Positions 1 through 11,060 of a stretch of DNA of 64,000 nucleotides are shown here, in pieces. The notes beneath the pieces are model-generated. The model made no database searches. It saw only the letters and a program-made list of their open reading frames with translations, and was not told the DNA's origin. How positions within the stretch are numbered: the stretch's first letter is position 1; each line of letters begins with the position of its first letter. This DNA comes from Saprolegnia diclina VS20 (Eukaryota), in assembly GCF_000281045.1 (NCBI RefSeq), contig NW_008246080.1:195844-259843 (forward strand), read 5' to 3'. A program made the translations under genes and the position numbers.

Positions 1-175
1 CGACGGTCGTCGCATCGTGGCCGGCCTCGATCGGGTAGAGGTCGTCGACGTCGAGGGTCTTGGTTGCGCCGAGGGCCAGGAGCGGGCTCAGCCACGTGAA
101 GAAGAGCGCCGACGTGCAGCTTGCGCGGACTGGCGCCGGTGCTTTTGCCAGCAGTGGCGTTGCCTCGCTGGCCAT
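1..175 (-). CDS. 5' end of an ABCC/MRP-type ABC transporter (runs off the window); paralog of 5325..9108
   Basis: Not in the ORF track. Minus strand from ATG 175 reads MASEATPLLAKAPAPVRASCTSALFFTWLSPLLALGATKTLDVDDLYPI, matching the lasso/L0 motif SSMLFTWMNPLLELGNERPLEMDDLYQL of the downstream ABCC gene. Confidence 0.85.
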   Translation of the reverse strand, partial: MASEATPLLAKAPAPVRASCTSALFFTWLSPLLALGATKTLDVDDLYPIEAGHDATTV

Positions 176-1021
176 GACGGGTCCTCGCTCGGGATCGGGT
201 GGTCTCGAAAATGCAGAGCGAAATCTTGATGTTTGTAGGAAGCATTAAATATTGCATTTTAAGTTTTCGAAGCGTGGCGTGTTCGATATTTGAACTTGGT
301 CTTTGTATGGAGCAACTGAGGTGGGCGATGCGAAATAGGTGCAATGACGCAGCTAGTGGGTAAAACTGGGTTTTACCTTGTTTACCGTGAATAACGTGCT
401 GTCGCCGACGTTGCACTTTTGACGTGGCAGCACGAAAACGTAGCGCAGCGAATGGCGGTGCAGCAGTGTCCGAGAAGACTGCCAGGTCAAGCAACCCGGG
501 CAATACGACACGGAACTAGCTGGCATTCTTGGCCAATGGTCTTGGTGAACAAGGATACGCGGTTAGTTCATACGAGTAGCCGCTGGGTGGTGAAGTACTT
601 GACGAGACCCTTGCTGAGAATAGGGAAGAACCGGAACCACACACTCTCCGAGCTCAACTCTCAGAGAAAAGACAGAAAGCTAATCGAGAGCAGGTCAGGT
701 TGCAGTCGGATAGAGAATCAAAAGCTTGGGGAAAGGGAGCAGAACCCTTTGGGAGTAGAAACCGCCTCCTAGGGCCACTCGAATCCACCGCCGGTTGAAT
801 TCCGCTACAATGGTATTGCAGTGAACAAATATTGGAGATTTGGGGTTTAACGCATCGAGTCGAAATAAGAGCATCTCCAACGCGCCGCCGCTAGTCATTA
901 TTTATGTTCAATTTCCTACGTGGATGACGACCTCGTTGTCGACTGCGGGGTAAGCGTCAACGGTTCATCAGCTTCTCGATCGGGCTGACAGTCATGGTAT
1001 TATTGATATGCCAAGCAGCTT

Positions 1022-1436
1022 GTGACAGCTACACGTGTGCCTCCTCGCCGGAGCACTTCGTTGCCGACGAATGCCCCGTGCAAGCACGACACATTCGCCA
1101 GTACGCAATTCGACAGCAAGTCGGACGATGCTGACCACGATGACGACCATCGCGATCAAGAGGTCTGCGAACCCGGCGACGGCACTTGGTCCGACACAGA
1201 TATAGTCATTGCAGCAACCAAGGTTGCAAAGGCACCCGCCAACGACTTCGACGCCTTGCCCCACGACAACGACGATCAAGCCGTCGCCGACGCCGTGCAA
1301 GATCGTTACCTGTGCCCCCACGATCTTTAAGCCGCCCTCAACGTCCACGATTCCGAGCACGTGGTCGCCTGCTTCGGTTCCGTGCAAGAGAACTCCGACT
1401 CCGTCGATGCGCCCGACGACGGCTCCGTGCAAGTAA
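1022..1436 (+). pseudogene. Thr/Pro-rich mucin-like remnant with recurring PCK motif, apparently disrupted
   Basis: CCGTGCAAG (PCK) occurs at 1076, 1293, 1380 and 1425. The first copy is in a different frame from the other three, there is an in-frame TAG at 1203, and no clear start. Confidence 0.3.
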
Positions 1437-1473
1437 TTTTGAAAATTAATGTGCAATACATGTCATATTCACT

Positions 1474-4400
1474 TCATGACATTTCTTCCAAGATGATCAT
1501 CGCATTAAGCTGTATGGACGCTGCAATTGACGCGAATTCGGCACTCGGCGCCAAATCATCGGTGGGATCTGCCACTGCTTGGAGCACTCGGTGAAAATAT
1601 TCTCCGGGTACATGGACAAAGAGCTGGCCTGCCACGAACGCCAACTCATCGTCCGAGACCTCGATGGCTTGTCGTCGGACGTCGTCGACGACCTACCTCC
1701 GACAGTCGTACCACACTTGCTGCGAATCATCGTACCTGCGTATCGTCGGGCGAGAGCACTCTTCGGTGCAAACCAACGAGGCGCCGCGTAATGTCTTGCA
1801 TCGCTTCCACTGTGTCGTCCTCGGCGGTCGCGTGGTCCTTAACCCACGCCCACGCGGCCGTCAAATACTCGATCGCCCGGTACGTATCGTCAACAGCCGA
1901 CGCGCACTCGCCGAGGAGCTGAAGCGATGCGACGACGTTGGTCGATGCTTCCACGCACAGCGCGTGCGCCTGGAGCGCGGTCGTGTACGCCGGTTGCAGC
2001 GCCCGCGTCGACAAGAGCAGCTGCGCTGTCGCAAGGCAGCAGTCGGCGCGGCTTGCCACCAAGGAGCTCAGCGCCGGTGCCTCGTACAGGCGCAAGCACT
2101 CTTCGTAGAGACTCAGCGCTTCGTCGGGGGCTCCGACTTGGTCGACGAGCCACGCCTGCGTGCGGCGCACTTCGACGAACGGCGCACTCTTGCGGCCAAA
2201 CGTCTCCTTGAGCACGCCGAGGCAGGCGTCGCACATGCCCAGCGCCTTGTAGTGCTCCCCGCGGTCGCACCACACGTCGACCGCCGTCATGTAAATGTCG
2301 ACGAGGAAGACATGCGTCGGACCGAGATGCCACGACGCAATGGCCACGGCTCGCTCGACGAGGTGCCCGATGCGCTCGACGTCGCCTTTGGCATGGGCGA
2401 GCGTCATCGCGACAGTGTGCGCCTTGGCGAGGTGCGCGTGCCAGCGCGGTCCGTCCTCGAGCGCCGCAGAGGCAAACGTGTCGGCGTCGCTGAGGTGCGA
2501 CGTCCGCGCCGAGAGCTCGGCGGCACACACAAGGAGGTGGCACCACTGCACCCGGTTGTGGTCCGTCGGGTGCGCCTCCTCGAGCGCGAGTGCGAGCTTG
2601 ACGTAGGCGACCGCGTCCGACAAGAGACCGGCACCGACTGCGTCGTCCGTCGACGCAATCAACCGTGTGCTTTCGGTCGTCGTCCGTAGAACCATCGACG
2701 TCGACGCGTGAAGCCCGACGATATGGTGTGCTCGGAACGGCCCCGGGGCGTCCCCGGCGCTCGCAATGTGACGAAGCGCCACCGTAACACCGAGGTGTTT
2801 TTCCAGCGCAAAGAGTACCTGCGGCAAGTGCACATCATTGCGCGTCGGCGCCGCGTGCAAGCCAAACTTGAGCCGCAGCGTCGGAAGCAACTCGTGATCG
2901 AGAAAGACGCCCGCCTCGGTGCCGCCACCGCAGACCAGATTCACAAGCGTCAACACAACCGAGCGAGAGGCCGGCGCGCCGCGGAGCATACCGCGAAGCA
3001 GCACCTTGGCCGTCCGCGCCACCATTTCGGTGAGAAGAAGTCGGCGGATATGGCCGAGCGTAGCGAGCTCGTAGAGGCGACCCAAGTACCGCATGTTGAT
3101 GCCGTCGCCGTGAAGCAACCGCGTGAGCGCCGTAGCGTCGACTACGTGAAAGTATTCGTTGGCTTCGAGGCGGGCGACCGCCGATGGGAGCACCGCCTTT
3201 TGCAAATAGTGGCTCGCGCAGGCCACCGTGCTATCGAGCGCGGCCACGGACCCCGTCCCGTAGACGTTGGAGCTCAGCGCGGTGTGGTACTGCCGAATGT
3301 ACTCGGGGCGGAGCTGGTGCAAGCTCGACGCCCCGTCGCCGTCGTGCGCACCGTCGTCATGTTCGAGAACGTCGGGTGCGCACAAATGGCGCAGCCGGGT
3401 CCATGCATAGGCGTCGTCCGTCAGTCGCACGACATGCGCGTCACGGGGTAAGACGCGCTGGAGAGCGGTAACGTCGGTCGCATCCAGCTCGGGCGGACAC
3501 AGGTTGAGCTGCTTGAGAACCGCCGTCGCAGCGATCACAAAAGTTGGTGGAAGCTCGGTTGTCTGGCACACCGTCGGTGACGCGCCATAGTCGCCAAAGA
3601 TCAGCGCGCGGGCGCCGTGGTAGTCGACGGTGCACTGCAGCGGCACTCGCAGTGTCGTCACCTCCAGCGCTTGCAGCGCGTCAATGACCGCGCGGCCAGC
3701 GCGGAGGTCGTGCCCCAGAGCCTTCCAGACAGCGACACTCGGTGCGCGCCATAAAAAGCAGCACAAGCCGTCGGCTACGTACACGTCGGCGTCGGTTGCG
3801 TCGGCATAACCATACCACCGGTGCCGGTCGCCGGTGCCATCGGCCCAAATGTTGTTGGCCGAGAAAACGTCGTCGACGTCGGTCGCACGCGTGTCAAGCA
3901 GTGTTCGCACCAGTCCCTCGGCGGCGTCTCGAAACGCTTGTGTGAGCTGTGCCACCTGCAGCGCTTTGGCCGACACCGAGAGATCATCGACGGCAAGGAG
4001 GCGCCAGAGCCGGTCGTTCCATTGCGTCGATGGCTCTGACAACGACGGGCGGGCGACCGGAACGCAGTCTGCCTTCTTTGGCGCAACGACGGGACAAGGC
4101 GGCGGTGGCGCATCCGGCTGCGGCTCGGGCACCGGTGCGTCGAGCGTCTCCTTCGACGAAGCTACCCAATCGAGAAAGTCCACGAGGGCGATCTTGCCTA
4201 CTCTGACTTGAGATGCTTTGGTCCAGTGAGAACATGAGTACCAGTGAGTCCGGGGTCGAGGCTTTGCTGGATCGTGTTGTACGCCTCGATCGACCCGTGC
4301 CAGTGAATGTACAATTTGTCATGTAAGGTGACTAGAGTTGTCTCATACAGACCTAATATACGTCGATAGAAGAAAGGATATCAAGTCGAGGAGCGCGCGC

Positions 4401-5134
4401 AGCTTGGCGCATTCGATCTTGCCCATGCCTCGACCGTCGAGCTACGCACGCTACGTGTCGAGCCCCATGGGATAGAACGCCGGGTACCTTGGCAAATGCG
4501 GCGCGGGCGTCGGCGCAGCGCTGGTCCGTGTGCGTCGTTGGTGCTGTCGATGGCGGGTGCATGCTAGCCTAATGAAAGCGGTATTCAACACCATTTCTCA
4601 AGCTTTGCATCGACGTACGTGGATGGCTGCGACCCATTCGACGAGGTCGCGCTCGGACGCACAGCCAAACGTCCGCGTCTTCTCCTATGCGCCAGCATCT
4701 TCAGCCGCGCAATGTAGCGTCCATTAAGCGTACCGTGTGCTTGTCGACGAGCTGGAAGCAGTGCTTTCGCTGCAAGCGCTTCTACCCTTGACGCATGAGA
4801 GACGGACGATGCATATGGCGATAGCCGTGTACCTCGATGGGCGCCGAGACGGCGACGAGCGTATGCTCGTGGAGCAAGAGTACCTTCGTTGCCTTGCTGC
4901 TACATAGGCCATGGAGCGAGAAGCCTCCGGCGTCGGCCACCTATGCACATGGCCTGTCGCCTTGTCGGCCAACCGGCGCCTCGTACCATCGGGTACCAGC
5001 GCAGCGCATGGGCGTCGAGGTGGACCCACTTGTCGCTCCACTTGGCGCCGAGGACGTTGACCGAGTGCTACCTCGGAGGATGGGTCCATGCGGCCGGGTC
5101 GTCGGCCTACCTTGGAGAGCTTCCCCGACTTCAT
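1474..5134 (-). CDS. Multi-exon PH + EF-hand pair + Clu-like (clustered mitochondria) + TPR protein
   Basis: Spliced N-terminus MKSGKLSKHSVNVLGAKWSDKWVHLDAHALRWY...HCFQLVDKHTEKTRTFGCASERDLVEWVAAIH is PH-like. AFAKLDGRGMGKIECAKLRALL and LDPGLTGKIALVDFLDW are EF-hand-like. ORF 1727..4183 has the Clu-central motifs LHGDGINMRYLGRL and EMVARTAK plus TPR-like helices. Last exon ends at TGA 1474. Confidence 0.8.
4309..4381 (-). other. Putative U12-type (AT-AC) minor-spliceosome intron
   Basis: 5' site ATATCCTTT, branch-like CACCTTAC about 15 nt before the terminal AC. Removal joins LRALLDL to IHWHGSIEAY in frame. Confidence 0.7.
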
Positions 5135-5324
5135 GGCGTCGTTTTCGTGTTTCGAAATGGGCGATCTTCCGCTACAGTTGTAACCGCCAAATCGGTTATA
5201 GTCTAACCGGTCATACCCGTTAAACCGGCCAAGCAATCCGGTTAGCCGGCTCCGCACCAAAGATTGCTGTGGCCGCGTTGGATTGGTCGGCGCCGTTTCG
5301 AAAAAGAGAATCGTTCAGTCTCCG
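5135..5324. promoter_or_regulatory. 190-bp divergent promoter region (Clu-like gene / ABCC gene)
   Basis: Head-to-head ATGs at 5134(-) and 5325(+). TAACCG/CGGTTA at 5181, 5193, 5204 and 5239; GATTGG (reverse CCAAT) at 5281. Confidence 0.5.
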
Positions 5325-8300
5325 ATGGGCGAAGCGCAGCCACTGCTCGCGCCGTCGCCGCTCAGCGATGGGCCGCCGGCGCCGAGGAGCTGCCTCTCAT
5401 CGATGCTCTTCACGTGGATGAACCCGCTCCTGGAGCTCGGCAACGAGCGCCCGCTCGAAATGGACGACCTCTACCAGCTCGCGCCCGCGCTGCGCGCCGA
5501 CGTGGCATCGGCGCGCTTCCAAGCCTGCTGGGACATCGAGCGGCAGCGACCGCACCCCAGCCTCGCCCGCGCGCTCGCCCGCGCATTCGGTCGGCGGTTT
5601 GTTGCCGCGGGCGTTCTCCGGCTCATCCGCGATGTGCTCCAGTTTGTCGGGCCATTCGTGATCCACCGCGTGATCGCGTACCTCTGCAACCCGCTGGCGC
5701 CCGAGTCGGACGGCCTTATTTGCGTCGCTGCCATCTTTATCGCAGGCAACCTCCAGGCGTTCTGCTTCCGCAACTACATGTACTACGTCTTCGAGACAGG
5801 CCTCCTCGTGCGCAGCGCGGTCGTCGCTGCCGTGTACCAGAAAGCACTTCGCCTCTCGTCACTGCGGTCGTCCGGTGAGATCACGAACCTCGTGGCCATT
5901 GACGCGACGCGGCTCCAAGACTTGCTCTCGGACCTCCACGCGATTTGGTATGGCCCGTGCCTCATCGCGGCAGCCTGCACGCTGCTCTACTATCAGGTCG
6001 GACCCGCGTGCTTTGGCGCCCTCGGGGTGATTCTGCTCGCGATTCCACTCTCGCTACTCATCTCGCGGCGCATGCGTACTTTGCAAAAGGCGCTCATGGC
6101 CGTCAAGGACGACCGCATCAAGGTTTGCTACGAGGTGCTCACTGGCATCAAAGTCATCAAGCTGCAAACGTGGGAGCACGAGTTCGTCAAGCGCGTCCAG
6201 AGCTTCCGCGACGACGAGCTCCGAAAGCTCAAGGCGTACATCCTCACGCGCGCATCGTCCAACTCGATCTTCAACGGTGCGCCCGCGCTCATCACGGTTG
6301 CGCTCTTTGCTACGTACGTCGTGGGGTACCACGAGGTCCTCGACGTGCAAACCTCGATCACGTGTCTCGCGTTGCTGGCGATCATGCGGTACCCGCTCTT
6401 TGTCCTCCCGAGCGTCGTGAACGCTATCGTCGAGGCGTCCGTGAGCCTCACGCGCCTCGAAGCGTGCCTGCTCGACGCCGAGCGAATGCCGGTCGGCAGC
6501 GGCGACTTGAAGCATACCGGTATCTCGCTTCAGGAGGCCACGTTTGGATGGACCGCGCCGGCGCTCGGACCCCTCACGCTCCGAATCCACGACCATGGGC
6601 TTGTCGCCGTCGTCGGGCCCGTCGGCAGTGGCAAATCGACGCTTCTCTCCGGCTTGCTCGGCGACGCACACTGCCTCTCGGGGTCCGTTGCCCTGCGCGG
6701 CAATATCGCGTACGTGGCCCAGCAGCCGTTCATCCAAAATGCCACGGTCCGCGACAACATCTGTTTCGGTCTACCGTACGAGTTTGGCCGGTACATGGCC
6801 GCGATCCGCGTCGCGTGCCTTGACGACGACCTCCGCGCGCTGCCGGGGCACGACCTCACGGAGATCGGCGAGAAAGGCATCAACCTCAGCGGCGGGCAAA
6901 AGACGCGGGTCGCCCTCGCGCGCGCCGTGTACCAAGACGCCGACGTCTACCTCCTCGACGACGTCCTCGCCGCCGTTGACGCCCACGTCGGTGCCGCGAT
7001 CTATGAATCGTGCATCCGCGGTACGCTCGGCAAGAAGCTCGTGGTGCTGGTGACCAACGCGCTCCAGTTCCTTCCAACGTGCGACCAGATCGTGGTGCTA
7101 CACGCGGGTCGGGTGGCCCAAGTCGGCGCGTACGACGCACTGCTTTCGGCACCAGCGAGCGCGCTCCAGGCTCTTGTGTCGAGTTATACACCGCCGTCGG
7201 TGCAGGACGCATCGACGGACGACGTGATTTCTGACGACGAGTTTGGGACGACACCGGGGCACCAGTTGCAGCGCGTGCCATCGAGCGACGTAGCCGAGAA
7301 GGCCCGGCACCTCATGGTGGACGAGGACCGGTCGACGGGCGACGTCGCGTGGCGCGTCTACGGTGTCTGGGTGCGCGCGTGCGGCGGTGTCTGTATCCTT
7401 AGCAGCATCCTCTGCGTCTTCTTTCTCGCCCAAGGTACGAACGTGGTCGCGACGTTCTGGCTACAAACCTGGGCAGCCAACGACGCTCAGTCGTCGACCA
7501 ACGACCGCAGACTGTACCTCTACCTCTTTGTGGGGCTCAACCTCGGCTACGTCGCCTTGATCTTTCTCCGCGTCTTGCTCTTGTACATTGTGGGTCTCCG
7601 GGGCAGCAGTGCACTCTTCACCTCGATGCTCTACCAAGTGCTTCGCGCCCCCATGGCGTTCTTCGATACGACACCACTTGGTCTAGATCCATATTGAGAA
7701 TGTCGATGGCTCAGATTGTCGATACGATGTAGGACGCATTGTGAACCGGCTCTCGAAAGACGTGTATGCTGCCGACGAAGACATTCCCGCGACCGTCGGC
7801 AACGTCCTCATCACGCTCTGCAGCGTCACTGCGACGCTGGCGACGATCGTGTACGTCACGCCAGCGTTCGCCCTCGGCCTGCTGCCCCTTGGTGTCGGCT
7901 ATATCGCGTCGCAGCGCTACTTTATCAAGACGTCGCGGGAGCTCCAGCGCCTCGAGTCGATCTCGCGCTCACCGCTCTACGCGCTCATGGCCGAGACGCT
8001 CGACGGCCTCCCGACGATCCGAGCGTACGGCGTCCAGTCGACGTTTGTGCGGCGCATGACACACTTGCTCGACCGGAACCAGCGCGCGTACTTTCTCAAC
8101 TTTTCGGCCAACTGCTGGCTCGGGCTCCGGCTCGAGTTTGCCGGCTCGATGATTGCATCGATCGCGACGCTCTGCGCCGTCGCCGCGCACTCCCCGACGT
8201 CCACCGCGTTCGCCGGGCCCGCTGGCGTCGCGCTCTCGTATGCGTTTAGCGTCACGCCGTCGCTCAACATGTCGGTGCGCTACTTGAGCCAGCTTCAGAC

Positions 8301-9108
8301 GCAAATGGTGTCGATCGAGCGGTTGCACGCGTACGCGACGATGCCGACCGAGCCGCCGCTGCGTCTGCCGTCGTCGTCGCCGACAACGTCGACGCGTGGC
8401 GAGATTGTCTTTGAGAACGTCGATTTGCGCTACCGCGCTGGCTTGCCCCGCGTGCTCCGGCAGCTCTCGGCGCGAATCCGCCCCAAGGAAAAGATCGGCG
8501 TCGTCGGGCGCACGGGCGCCGGCAAGTCGAGCCTCGTCGTTGCGCTCATGCGGCTCGTCGAGCTCCAGGGTGGGGCCATCTACATTGACGGCGTCAACAC
8601 GGCGAGTCTCGGGCTCCACGACCTGCGGTCGCAAATCTCCATCATTCCGCAAGACCCCGTGCTCTTCTCCGGCACAGTTCGCTTCAACTTGGACCCGTTC
8701 CAGCAATATGCCGACGACGCAGTGTGGGCTGCCGTCAAGCGCGCGCAGCTGGGCAGCGTCACGGCCCTCGATGCGCTCGTGGACGAACGCGGTTGCAACT
8801 TTAGTGTTGGCGAACGGCAACTGCTCTGCATTGCGCGAGCACTCCTCAAGCAGTCGCGCATCATCTTGATGGACGAAGCGACCGCGTCCATCGACCCGAG
8901 CACGGACAAGAGCATCCAGCGCGCGATCCGCGACGTCTTTGTCGACTGCACGTGCCTCACGATCGCCCACCGGCTCAACACGATCATGGACGCGGACCGG
9001 ATTTTGGTGCTGGACCACGGCGCGGCCGTTGAATTCGACACGCCGTCGGCGCTGCTCACGATCAAGCATGGCATCTTTGCGTCGCTCGTGGCCAAAGCAG
9101 CGCGCTAG
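5325..9108 (+). CDS. ABCC (MRP-like) full ABC transporter, TMD-NBD-TMD-NBD without TMD0
   Basis: NBD1: GPVGSGKS, LSGGQ, YLLDD. NBD2: GRTGAGKS, FSVGERQ, MDEAT. Intron 7681..7732 joins FFDTTPLG to RIVNRLSKD. Confidence 0.95.
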
Positions 9109-10216
9109 CTGCCGACGAACCTCAACAATCAAAGTCGCAGGATATCCGTTCTTACAGGTTTGGAACAACACCTGCGACACGCGGTAGACCGATTGCACTA
9201 TATAAAGCCATGGGATATCCAGTATGAGAGGTTTTATGCGGGAGACCCACTCTCGGTCTACACCCGAGTGTACCTACTTAGATCTTAGTACACGTCACCG
9301 ACATGCTGGACAGTTGCAACATGGGGGCATAAGCCGTCGAGACACTGCACCGGTCGCTGCCCGACGACGACGACCCGGTTGGCCCAGCGCGGTCGGTGGT
9401 CGGACCACCGTCTGTGCACTGAGATCCCGATCGACGTTACGCCGGCGCCTTTCCCGTTGACGGGTCCTGTGCACCGGCCCACGGACTTTAAAGCTCTTGG
9501 CGCCAAGAAGAATGCGATGCAGCAACGAGGTCGGTGCTATTTGCACTTGGTCCAGGAAGCTAGTCGGGCGGCTGCGCGTGTCCCACGTGGCGTGGCCTGT
9601 CCTCATCGACAACTCGGTCAATGTATGGCTCGGACGCGCCGCGAACTGCCAGCTGGTACCCTGATCGATTCAGTCACTTGGGCGTCCGTCCCCCCTCCCC
9701 CTCCCATGAATTTGCACCCATACGGCCATCACAACGTGCTTGCTCTTCTTCGCATGCATACGCTCGAAACCACGCACCTCGCAGTTACCAAGACGTCATC
9801 TCGCGTGTCGCTTCAAGTTATATGTTGGTCCATCGATCAATACATAGTCCACTTGCTAATATAGACATTGTTGTTTCTAGTCTTGCAACGGACGGCTGTC
9901 CACGTGGCGCGATCGGGCTCGACGCGCGGCCAGCACGATCAGCAGGCGCGCGCCGGAAGCCATTACACCCGCGAAACGGCGCCTTGTGACAAAAAGGGGG
10001 GAAGGCCACGGCGCCATCCACTTCCAACTGTGTGGAGGCCAGCGCTCGACTCGCTTGACTTGGCCTTTGTATACTGCGTCGCCTCCGTGTCGCTGATTGG
10101 CTGCGTTTTGGACGCTGCTGGCTTTCTGCAGTAGGGGGCCCTACAAAAAATAAAGGGGCGACGGGCAACTCGAAATTGACGGTTTTCCCTGCTTCTGGCC
10201 AGTGGTTGAGACCGAG

Positions 10217-11013
10217 ATGGCGCCGCCCCCGTCCCCGCCGGTGCGACGCACGCGCGCCAAGTCCTCGTCCGCGTCGTCGGACCTCATGGAAGACTCTGCA
10301 CCGCCGGCTGCCGGGTACCGCGCCCGTGCGAGAGGCGCAAGACGACTCATGGACGTGTAGCACGACGACCAAGAAGCGCAAGCTGAGCGATGCGCCCAAG
10401 CGCCGTGGCCGCAAGGCCAAGGGCAAGCGCAAGCACTCGGACGAAGACGACGACGACGATGACGACGATGATGACGACGAGGTCGATGAGGCCGACCTCT
10501 GCGAGCTCTGCCGCGTCAATGAGAACGACGAACTGAGCTTGATCTGCGACGCCTGCGACAAAGGTGGGCTTCATGTACGATCGCTCTCATGATCGATTGT
10601 GCTGGCTAGTGTACCACACATACTGCCTCGTGCCACCGCTCAAGGCCATTCCAGCCGGCGACTGGGTCTGTCCCAAGTGCGTCGCCGAGAAGGAGGCTGA
10701 GAAAGCTCCGACATCGGCGTCGCCTGCGCGGCAAACGCCGCCCCAACACATGCCGTCATTCCAGCACCCGCGCACGAGCCTTCCGGTGCCGCCGTCGTTT
10801 CACATGCAATCCTCGTACCACCCACCGCATCGGATGACGCCGCCGCAGCACATAGCGCCCAACCAACCTCCTCCAGGGTACCCCCACAGCTCGCCCGCGA
10901 CAGGTCTGCATCATCCGTTGCGCCCGTCGCCGCACTTGCGCCAGCTACCGATGCCATCGTACCACAACGTGCCGCCACCGATAGCAGTGCACCGTCCGCT
11001 GCCATCGCAGCAA

Positions 11014-11060
<47 letters not shown>

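Noticed and set aside
7394..7402. GTATCCTT, U12-like donor (also near 20685 and 39162)
   Set aside because: The first two sit in uninterrupted coding frames that need no intron; the third is intergenic with no gene model.
9224..9989. Short ORFs between the ABCC and PHD-CCT genes
   Set aside because: No recognisable domain or consistent splice model.
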